A DNA stretch of 64,000 nucleotides from an uncultured Dehalococcoidia bacterium. GTDB lineage: Bacteria; Chloroflexota; Dehalococcoidia; Lucifugimonadales; Australimonadaceae. This document shows, one piece after another, positions 18,592 to 26,294 of the stretch (its first letter is position 1; every line of letters starts with the position of its first letter). The stretch lies in contig CALGTL010000162.1 of NCBI GenBank assembly GCA_937901475.1, forward strand, positions 64,948 through 128,947, read 5' to 3'. The translations under genes were made by a program, and so were the position numbers. Below the pieces are notes generated by a model. The model saw only the letters and a program-made list of their open reading frames with translations. It was not told the DNA's origin and ran no database searches.

Positions 18592-19863
18592 ATGATCTCC
18601 AAGCTGCTTTCCTTCCAGGTGTTCCGCACCGTAATCACCTCTGCCGCAGTTGTGCTGCTGGTGATTCTCAGCGTTGGGCGAGGTGATTCCATCTCCCCTC
18701 TCCGCCTGGTAGCCGGAGAGCACGAGCAGGACCTTGTGCGCTGGGAGCTAACTCATTTCATGGACAAGTGGTTTGCTCGCGTGATTGACCTAACTCTCCG
18801 GAGCAGCCCCAACGACGGGGAGCGACTCGCCGCAGTCCATGAGTTCTTCCGCCTACGCGATGACATCGCAGCGCTCAACACCAGCCCGCAATCGCCCCTT
18901 GATGTGCAGGCTGCAGTCGACGCTTTGAAGCAACGCCGCTTTGAGCTGCAAGCACTCGTCGAAGAAGTCTTAGAATCCACCATCTCCCAAGTAGTTCACG
19001 AGCAGGGCATCATCGGCGGGATTGGCCCAGTGCGCTGGCCGCCCGTTGACTTCACCTTCGAAAATCGTGGACTTTTACTAGTGCGCTCTCCTCTCGATCG
19101 TATAGAACGTCTCAGTGAGCTACTGCTCATTCCAGGATTAAGCCTGCTCGATCAAATCACTCTAGAAGAGAAAGTCGAGTCACTAGACACTGACACGTCG
19201 GCTCTCGTCGTTCGTGTCGGCGGCGTTGCTACTTATCCCGCGCAGGTCAGTCCTGACCGCTCGCTGCACGGCACACTGGAGCTCGCGGCCCACGAGTGGC
19301 TCCATCACTGGCTTATCTTCAAACCTCTGGGGAAGCGTTGGTTCGCTGGGGGCGAGCTTCAGAGCATCAATGAAACGGTCTCTAATATCTTTGGGCAAGA
19401 AATCAGTGACCTTGCGCTTGAGAAGCTCACTGGTGAGCGTCCGGAACGTGCTCCTTGGGTGCAACCCACCGTCCAGCACCGTGAAGAGCCAGCACGTGAA
19501 ATCTTCGATTTCCGACGCGCGATGCGCGAAACCAGGGTTCGCCTCGAAGAGTTGTTAGATGAGGGGCACGTCAAGGAAGCGAGTGTCTTCCTAGAGGAGC
19601 GCCGCTTTGAATTCGTCGACAACGGCTACAACATTCGGAAACTGAATAACGCTTGGTTCGCTTTCAATGGAACCTACGCCGACAGCGCGGCCTCTATCAG
19701 CCCAATCGAAAGCCAGTTGCGCGCCATTCGCGCCAACTCCCCAAACCTCGCTGAATTCCTAGACCATGTGGCACGTATCAACAGCGATGGCCAGCTTGAA
19801 GAGGTAGCGCTAGTCTCAGGATGGGTACCTATAGACATCACCACCGGCCTACCTCTCCCCTAA
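18592..19863 (+). CDS. Membrane-anchored hypothetical protein with an HExxH motif (possible zinc metallopeptidase-like)
   Basis: 423 aa. N-terminal TM helix VFRTVITSAAVVLLVILSV. A single HExxH (LELAAHEWLHHW). No family recognised. Confidence 0.5.
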   Translation: MISKLLSFQVFRTVITSAAVVLLVILSVGRGDSISPLRLVAGEHEQDLVRWELTHFMDKWFARVIDLTLRSSPNDGERLAAVHEFFRLRDDIAALNTSPQSPLDVQAAVDALKQRRFELQALVEEVLESTISQVVHEQGIIGGIGPVRWPPVDFTFENRGLLLVRSPLDRIERLSELLLIPGLSLLDQITLEEKVESLDTDTSALVVRVGGVATYPAQVSPDRSLHGTLELAAHEWLHHWLIFKPLGKRWFAGGELQSINETVSNIFGQEISDLALEKLTGERPERAPWVQPTVQHREEPAREIFDFRRAMRETRVRLEELLDEGHVKEASVFLEERRFEFVDNGYNIRKLNNAWFAFNGTYADSAASISPIESQLRAIRANSPNLAEFLDHVARINSDGQLEEVALVSGWVPIDITTGLPLP

Positions 19864-19873
19864 GCTCCATTCA

Positions 19874-21655
19874 CTAGTGGTTTGCGCGAAGCAAGTAGAG
19901 CAGCTCCATCATCACCTTACAGTCCACTTCGTTGTACTGCTCGATCTCTTTCATGAGGTCGATCTCATGCATAGACACATGTTGCCTCCTTGCTTCATGG
20001 TCGCACCACCATGCGCCAACCATTGCGCCAAGGCCGTCTACTTTACTTTCACCCCAAGAAGTCTCGATCAGTCCATGGCCATAAGCAGCCTTTGCTACAG
20101 CTTTCAGCCCAAAGCCCAACGAACCACGGACCACCACTGGCTCAGCTCTGAACACCCGGTCCAGCAAATCGAACCAGGCCAAATCAGGCCAGCTCTTCCT
20201 AGGGTGACGTGCCCGCGCAGAATCGTAAGAAGTTTGATAGAACGATGGCTCAGCAGCTGACCAGTGAATCACGCGTGGCGGTTGTTCGCCCCCAGCTGCC
20301 GTCGACACCTCGTCCATATGCGCGAGCCAAGCGTCGATCATCTCGGCTTCACTGTCCTCCGTCAACGTAGCTGTAGTGAACGTTCGGAACGTCCAGTCAC
20401 CGTTTTGCACATGCCCGCAACCGACCATATAGATAAGTGGTTGGCCATGCTGGGCCGGGATATTTACCATGTCGTCGTTGAGATTACTCACCGTCTCGAA
20501 ATCCACAAAGAACTCTATTGACGGAACTGCACGCCACTCATCCTCAGCCACTGTCACTTTCGCGGGGAGGATCGGGGGAGCACTCGCGTCTTGGTGAACC
20601 TCAATGATTGCCTGCAACGTCGGCTGCGTCCGCTCTCCAGTCACGCCCAGCAACTCCGCCGTCACCCGCCGGTCGGTCCAGCGAGTAATTCCCTTATTGA
20701 CAGCAGCATCTCGCTTATCCACACCTACCTGCCAAAGCATTGTCAGTTCATCTAGCTCTTTGGCAATTATGCTCTTGGCGCCATGCCACGGAAAGTCGCT
20801 ATCCACCGTCGCATTCGGGTACAACTCCGGCAAGGTTGGGGCAGGTAAAACCTCCCAGTCTCCGCCTTCACGTCGAACGCGGCGCACCCATTCTACGGCA
20901 GCATCTACGCCTGCCCCTTGAACAGAATCCATCACCACTTGTCCAAGCCTGTCGAAGGCGCTATCCACGCGGGAGGTCACACCTTTACTTGTCTGCTCCC
21001 ATCCACGGCCCAAAAGGAATGCCGTTTCAGGCATATAGCCCTGGGTATTCCCAAGCGCCCGGTTGTAGATGAACAATTCGCCTTTGTACGCAGAGGAAGA
21101 GCCCCCGTTCCCCACCTGGCCTGATACCAGTAAATGCAGCATCGTAAACTTCACGTCCACAACAACATAGTGGTACAGACCGCCCAGCAGAGGTGAGCTG
21201 GCCAGCGGAGCATTCAAAGGCAGCCCTCCAGGGAAAAACCGGGCTAGTACATCTGAGCGCACTAAGAAATCCGGTGCACCATATGTCCGCGTCTGGACGT
21301 CATGCAGAACACCATGATGGATCACCGGATGGCCTGCAGCCATCGCTGCAAAGGTCTCTCGTGCTGCTTCCGGGTCGCGAATACGTCGGTAGTCATCGGT
21401 GATAACCAACACTGGCGATAGCGTCCGGAAATAATCAGCAATCGCGGCCTCGAACGCAATTCCTCGCCCCATGATGAACGGCGCAAACTCCAATCGCTCA
21501 TCGTAGTCCGGTTGCTCATCGTCGCGCATAAATTTATGCGTGCGTCCATACCGCGCTAACCAGTCCACTAGCGGGTCACGCAACAGGAAATTACGAGTGG
21601 CAGACGCGCTCACCCAGTCATCATCAATCGAATATTCGAATTGGCCCAAAGTCAT
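19874..21655 (-). CDS. Two-domain nuclease: N-terminal PD-(D/E)xK (RecB/Cas4-like, TM0106-family-like) plus C-terminal DEDDy RNase H-fold 3'-5' exonuclease-like domain
   Basis: N-terminal half: GAPDFLVRSD ... YHYVVVDVKFT (D...D-x-K). C-terminal half: FFVDFETVS (Exo I D-x-E), VIHWSAAEPSF, YNEVDCKVMMELL (Exo III Y-x3-D). 593 aa. Confidence 0.65.
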   Translation of the reverse strand: MTLGQFEYSIDDDWVSASATRNFLLRDPLVDWLARYGRTHKFMRDDEQPDYDERLEFAPFIMGRGIAFEAAIADYFRTLSPVLVITDDYRRIRDPEAARETFAAMAAGHPVIHHGVLHDVQTRTYGAPDFLVRSDVLARFFPGGLPLNAPLASSPLLGGLYHYVVVDVKFTMLHLLVSGQVGNGGSSSAYKGELFIYNRALGNTQGYMPETAFLLGRGWEQTSKGVTSRVDSAFDRLGQVVMDSVQGAGVDAAVEWVRRVRREGGDWEVLPAPTLPELYPNATVDSDFPWHGAKSIIAKELDELTMLWQVGVDKRDAAVNKGITRWTDRRVTAELLGVTGERTQPTLQAIIEVHQDASAPPILPAKVTVAEDEWRAVPSIEFFVDFETVSNLNDDMVNIPAQHGQPLIYMVGCGHVQNGDWTFRTFTTATLTEDSEAEMIDAWLAHMDEVSTAAGGEQPPRVIHWSAAEPSFYQTSYDSARARHPRKSWPDLAWFDLLDRVFRAEPVVVRGSLGFGLKAVAKAAYGHGLIETSWGESKVDGLGAMVGAWWCDHEARRQHVSMHEIDLMKEIEQYNEVDCKVMMELLYLLRANH

Positions 21656-21706
21656 TGAGTCGTTGTATCACGGCTGCAGGAAGCGCCGTCAAGTAGGGGC
21701 CGCGCG

Positions 21707-22726
21707 CTACCAGTCAGGTTGCGATGCGGCGGTGTCACCCACTGACAACCGATTCTGAACACTCTCGACTGTGGTAACGAACAGTTCTGATTTTCCCGAA
21801 GGTCGAGACTCGAAAACCATCTTCCCTGTTGGACCCCACACCAAGTCAATCTCATCAATCTGGTTTTTCGTCAGCGCCTGCAGTTCTTCACCCTTATCCG
21901 ACACCGTGAATATATCCCGGCTCTCACCGCGATCAGAGATGAATGCCACCCGTTTACTGTTTGGAGCCCACGATGGCGAGAAATCACTCGCAGGGTTGCT
22001 CGTGACTCGCACTGCCTGCCCCTCAGGACCATCAGCACCCACCTGTATCACGTAAATCTCTTTATTCCCATCGCGGGTAGAGGTGAATGCTAGCTTCTTC
22101 CCATCAGGTGACCACACTGGATGGCGATCGGGCGATGCTGAAAACTGGAGTCGGTTGACACCGTCAGGGTTTCGCAGGAACAGTCCTTCGGACTTGCCAT
22201 TAGTATCGAGCCCGGCGAACGCAATCCACGTCCCGTCAGGAGACCAAGCAGGATCAACTTCACTATCGCTCTCGAAGATTAATCTGTTAGGGAGAAGGTC
22301 GCTGAAACGAACCCAATGCACTCTAGGAACGCCATCAGAATCGGGGGAAACATATGCGATTCTATCCCCAGACGGTGACCACGTCGGCTGTGACTCATCC
22401 ACACCTGTGTGCGTCACTCGAGTGGCGGCCGAACCATCTAGGAACCCTGTGTACAGTTCAACATTGCCGTCCCTATTTGTCAGGAAAGCTATCCGCGAAT
22501 AATCCGGAGACCACACTGCTCCGAAGTCATCCGAGGGCCCAGCTATAACTATCCGACGGTCAGTACCGTCCGCTCGGGCCACGACGATGTCGCGCGACCC
22601 CACTTCACCAACGGAGTACACGATGAAGGTCTCCTCTGTCAGCAAGCCACACGCCCCCAGCAACAACGCAAAAGCGCTGATCAAGGCTGTGTGGATAATT
22701 AGTTTCAGAGGGTTGAATCGCGGCAT
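21707..22726 (-). CDS. TolB-like PD40/WD40 beta-propeller lipoprotein
   Basis: Lipobox LLLGAC-G after a signal peptide. Repeated PD40 units (P.WSPDG..IAF). ATG 22726 has AGGGGA 7 nt upstream and is preferred over GTG 22753. Confidence 0.7.
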   Translation of the reverse strand: MPRFNPLKLIIHTALISAFALLLGACGLLTEETFIVYSVGEVGSRDIVVARADGTDRRIVIAGPSDDFGAVWSPDYSRIAFLTNRDGNVELYTGFLDGSAATRVTHTGVDESQPTWSPSGDRIAYVSPDSDGVPRVHWVRFSDLLPNRLIFESDSEVDPAWSPDGTWIAFAGLDTNGKSEGLFLRNPDGVNRLQFSASPDRHPVWSPDGKKLAFTSTRDGNKEIYVIQVGADGPEGQAVRVTSNPASDFSPSWAPNSKRVAFISDRGESRDIFTVSDKGEELQALTKNQIDEIDLVWGPTGKMVFESRPSGKSELFVTTVESVQNRLSVGDTAASQPDW

Positions 22727-22847
22727 TATTAGTCCCCTGCTCACTTCTGTCACGCGTAACTGGTGGCAGGCTCTTAGGTAAAAATAGCAGTAAATAAGGG
22801 TGATTTACTAGGAATTAGGCGTGGCGATTAGAAGGAATTCCGGGCTA

Positions 22848-23222
22848 TCAGAACGGCAGCCAGGTCTTATCTTGATCTTCTAGGCGCTTCGGAGCAGCTG
22901 TAGGCGACACGACTCCGTAGCCGAACCCGCTCAATATGCCCATAAGACCACCTCCTGCAATCAACGCAGGGGGGACCCACGCTGGCTGATCGGCGAGGTC
23001 CTCGCCGCACGTAGTCTCGATCGCTCCCGAAGCGGCTATGTCGAATCGCTGTTGGTCCTCACAACGCTGAAGGTTACCGATGAAGATTGATTGCACGAAT
23101 AACGCAGGAATTATGGACATCCCTGCACCAACCACTCCTACCATAACCCCGAACATTACTCCTCGATAAAGGCGTTTCCCTTTAGTCAGTCTCTGCTTCA
23201 CAACCGGGTTTGCTACTGTCAT
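22848..23222 (-). CDS. Small membrane protein (hypothetical)
   Basis: Start ATG 23222 overlaps the upstream stop (TGATG). Two hydrophobic segments (GVMFGVMVGVVGAGMSIIPALFV, ALIAGGGLMGILSGFGYGVV). Confidence 0.45.
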   Translation of the reverse strand: MTVANPVVKQRLTKGKRLYRGVMFGVMVGVVGAGMSIIPALFVQSIFIGNLQRCEDQQRFDIAASGAIETTCGEDLADQPAWVPPALIAGGGLMGILSGFGYGVVSPTAAPKRLEDQDKTWLPF

Positions 23223-23992
23223 CAATCGAGCACCGCTGCTCGATCCTCGCCTGTAAGCTTCGTCGCGGCCAGATGGATGATGATCTTCGGTGCCTTGCCT
23301 TTCCACGGACCAAGGAACTCCACCACGCGCGGGGCCTGGAGTCTCGTCATCTCCATCAACATCATCCCGACCGCGTTCTGCACATCCTCGTCCTCGTCAG
23401 TCATCAACGGTTCAGCGACCGTCAGTGCATCAGTCATGAATCTCCCCTCCCGCACTAGAGGCGAAAACGAGGATACCGCTGCTATCCGCTTAGGCTTGGG
23501 GCCTGATTTCGCCCACTCCAGAAGACGCAGCGCAATAGATGGCTTTCCTGACATCGAGCGTGAGATGCACATCGTACCCAGAGCATCCGCTGTCTGGGGA
23601 TTCGTGAGGTGCGCGGCCCACTGATGGAAACGCTCGAAGTCGCTCCCCCCGATGTGGCGGGCGTTCGCGCCTATCAACTGAGCGCCTATCAGTCCCTCTT
23701 CGAGGTTCCCCGTCTTGAACAAGTCCTCCGCAACCGCAACCGATGCCGCATAGCCAGGGGAGCGCAATCTACGAACGTAGTCCATCCCTATGTTATGTAA
23801 ATCAGCAGGTTTTATGCCGTAGCACGGCACGCCATCTCCGTATGCTCGCTTCAGCGCATCAGATTGATCCTTACCGCCAGCTTTAGACAATCGGGCACGA
23901 ATCTCATCTACAATCGCACCTACCGCCTGCCAATCAACGTCGAGCGGAACGGGACCCGAAGGCTGAGGCTGATGTCGTCTTCGATTCTCCAT
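23222..23992 (-). CDS. DNA alkylation repair (AlkD/AlkC-like HEAT-repeat) family protein
   Basis: The pattern AYGDGVPCYGIKPADLHNIG...ADALGTMCI...DEDEDVQNAVGMMLMEM...IIIHLAATKL resembles the DNA_alkylation HEAT-repeat family. ATG 23992 is preceded by GGGGG. Confidence 0.65.
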   Translation of the reverse strand: MENRRRHQPQPSGPVPLDVDWQAVGAIVDEIRARLSKAGGKDQSDALKRAYGDGVPCYGIKPADLHNIGMDYVRRLRSPGYAASVAVAEDLFKTGNLEEGLIGAQLIGANARHIGGSDFERFHQWAAHLTNPQTADALGTMCISRSMSGKPSIALRLLEWAKSGPKPKRIAAVSSFSPLVREGRFMTDALTVAEPLMTDEDEDVQNAVGMMLMEMTRLQAPRVVEFLGPWKGKAPKIIIHLAATKLTGEDRAAVLD

Positions 23993-24132
23993 GCAACCCC
24001 CATGAGTCACACCAGGCAGAGCCGGATGTGGCCGGATTCAAGTTGTACTAGCTTCGCAAGCATATTGCACCCGCAGCAGGTCCCCATTGTAGCGCTCAAT
24101 CTACTACTACCCATTCCCTCTAGCCTTAATCA

Positions 24133-24162
24133 GAAGAACTCCCTCTATAGAGGGAGTTCTTC
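24133..24162 (-). terminator. Perfect 13-bp hairpin downstream of the alcohol dehydrogenase gene
   Basis: GAAGAACTCCCTC-tata-GAGGGAGTTCTTC, about 170 nt 3' of the stop at 24332. No strong U-tract on either strand. Confidence 0.4.
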
Positions 24163-24331
24163 ATTCGGTGAAATAGAGCTAAAAGACGTCAGTTGCCATC
24201 GCTTCGCAATTACTTGATTTCTTGCCAGTTCTTCAGTGATTCTGAATTCACCTTTTTGTTCTTCCCTAATCCTCTCTTAATCTCATGTCCAGTCCCACTA
24301 TGGGGAATATCCCCAAATTGCCAGAGCGAGT

Positions 24332-25450
24332 TTATTGCCAGGGATGAACTGACACGTGGATAGCGTCCGTTATGCCCTCTCCGGCAACCGCCCGTATGGC
24401 GATATCGACGTCCTTCAGGCCGAATGTGTGCGTGCGCATCTGCTCCAGAGGGAATCGATGCGATGCGATGATCTGTAATCCCTTTTCCACTGCGTCAAAG
24501 CTGTGGCCCCGGGCGCTCTTCAGTGTCATGTATTTGCGCGTGAGTCGCCCGATCGGAAAGTCGGGAAATAATGGGGTCTCCGCCTGCGCCACCATGATGC
24601 CGCCCTTGCGCTTCGTCGCCTCGACCGATAACAAAGTCGGCGCTATGCCTGCGTGTGACGTGCAATCGACCACCGTGTCCACTCCCGCCTCTGGGCCACC
24701 ACCAGTTAGCTCTTTAATCCGCTCTAGCGGGTCTTCTTCCTGAACATTGATTACCACGTCAGCGCCCAGAAGCTTCGCAACCTCGAAGCGCTTCACGTCC
24801 TTGCTGGTACCTGTAACTATGATTAAGTCCGCGCCCGCCTTCTTGGAGGCGACAACACACGCCAGCCCTTGCTGCCCTGGACCCTGAATAAGCACTTTGC
24901 TACCGAAGCCCGCCTGCCCCTCCATAAGCGCCCACTGCACGCCGTTGCCCATCGGCAAAGCCATCGCTGCTTCTTCGGCATTCACACCTGCAGGGATTTT
25001 GTGCAATGCAGCGTTGGGCGGGATGAACAGGTATTGCGAGTACCCACCCCAAAGCGACGGCGCAACATCTACCGAAGTCGAACCATAGCGAATTGCATTG
25101 TCGTTTGCAGATGAATCCGTCGCAAAGCAGTGTCGATACTCGCCGATGCGACAGAATTCACAGTAGCCGCACGGAAGGTACTCCTCCAGCGCGACCATGT
25201 CTCCTTCTTTCACGTCCCAACGATCAGCAAACACGCGGCCCACCTTGATCAGGTAACCCACGTTCTCGTGACCCATCACAACCGCTCCGCCCTTCATGTG
25301 TCGGTGGTACCCACCGACGTCACTGCCTCAAACGCCCGCGACTTCAACTTTCATCAACGCTGCGTCTACTGGAATCTCAGGAAGCGGAATTTCTCTAAGT
25401 TCAGTCTCACCGGAGGCAATCTTTGCCGCCACTAACGCCTTATCAGCCAT
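24332..25450 (-). CDS. Zn-dependent (MDR) alcohol/threonine-dehydrogenase-like oxidoreductase with one in-frame TGA at the catalytic Cys codon (candidate selenoprotein, or nonsense pseudogene)
   Basis: ATG 25450 (GAAGAGG 7 nt upstream) opens ...[36 protein letters not shown]... The frame continues without shift into ORF 24332..25297. GHE and structural-zinc [15 protein letters not shown] are intact, and the Rossmann motif [11 protein letters not shown] is present. The TGA lies at 25330..25328. Confidence 0.7.
25300..25318 (-). promoter_or_regulatory. SECIS-like hairpin 9 nt 3' of the in-frame UGA
   Basis: Minus-strand RNA GUCGGUGG-GUA-CCACCGAC, a perfect 8-bp stem (or 7 bp with a GGUAC loop). 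The apical loop lies about 17 nt after the UGA. Confidence 0.35.
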
Positions 25451-25901
25451 TCTTGTACCTCTTCAAGCCATTAATGTCCGGCACATGCACCGGTGTTTCG
25501 AGCAAGATACGCTGCACCTAACCCTAGGTCAACGCACTCAACTCCATTGCGTGGTCGGCTAAGTCGGCAACGGTAGGTATCCTATCGTCCCCAAGCAGAG
25601 TTTTACTTAGGCCGTAAATTAACTTGCCAAACCGCGCCTACAAAATCCAAGAACTATCTCGAACCGGTAAATATAAGCACCATATCAGCGCTCCCTCTCA
25701 TCAAGGGTCATACCATATTACTTCCAGCCTCAGTAACTACGAACAATTCGCCATAGCGCTGAATCCGTAATTCCACCAGCAACAAAGCAACAGAGTATGA
25801 ATGGAGAACGACGATTTGGCTTCATAGTGCCAGAGCACTCACGGTATCGCTCTCTACAACCGTTCGTATCTCAACCGCATCCGTCATAATTAATACCTAG
25901 T

Positions 25902-25948
25902 GGAAGCGGCCAGGCAACGCAAAGCCCACCGCTTCCGGCGGGCTTTGC
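25902..25948. other. Two interlocked helices (pseudoknot or mutually exclusive hairpins) inside an ORF-free stretch
   Basis: GGAAGCGG (25902-09) pairs with CCGCTTCC (25929-36). GCAAAGCCC (25919-27) pairs with GGGCTTTGC (25940-48). The 5' arm of the second helix lies in the loop of the first. Confidence 0.3.
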
Positions 25949-26102
25949 ATTACTCTTTACAGAAATCGAGTGAGGCTGAATACCAGAGTCCTTCACTCGG
26001 GCATCGGGCACCGATTCAATCGATAAACTATCTCCAATAACTGCTCTACCTGATCACACCAAGACGTAGCTTCTTGCTAGGAATAATTCAAGATTATGCT
26101 GA

Positions 26103-26135
26103 GGAATTAAAAGTGGATGCAGGACAGCGTCCTGC
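26103..26135 (-). terminator. Intrinsic terminator after tRNA-Glu
   Basis: Minus strand GCAGGAC-gct-GTCCTGC followed by ATCCACTTTTAATT, immediately 3' of the tRNA CCA end. Confidence 0.55.
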
Positions 26136-26138
26136 GCC

Positions 26139-26215
26139 TGGTAGCGCATACGGGATTTGAACCCGTGATCTTCGCCTTGAGAGGGCGATGTCCTGGGCCA
26201 CTAGACGAATGCGCC
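26139..26215 (-). tRNA. tRNA-Glu (anticodon CUC), CCA encoded
   Basis: GGCGCAT-TC-GTCTAGTGGCCCAGGAC-A-TCGCC-CTCTCAA-GGCGA-AGATC-ACGGGTTCAAATCCCGT-ATGCGCT-A-CCA. 77 nt with a full cloverleaf. Confidence 0.9.
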
Positions 26216-26294
26216 ACGCAGAAACCCCCGAAGGGATTGGCCAGACTCAGTCATTATAACGGCACTTCGCTCGCTGAGCGAGCGGGGTTTCGAA

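Noticed and set aside
25902-25936. GGAAGCGG...CCGCTTCC-G resembles the 8-bp acceptor stem of a tRNA-Sec (selC) gene, which would have tied in with the UGA findings.
   Set aside because: Only 19 nt separate the arms. There is no D, anticodon or T arm, no UCA anticodon and no TTCGAAT-like T-loop. It is a simple hairpin, not a tRNA.
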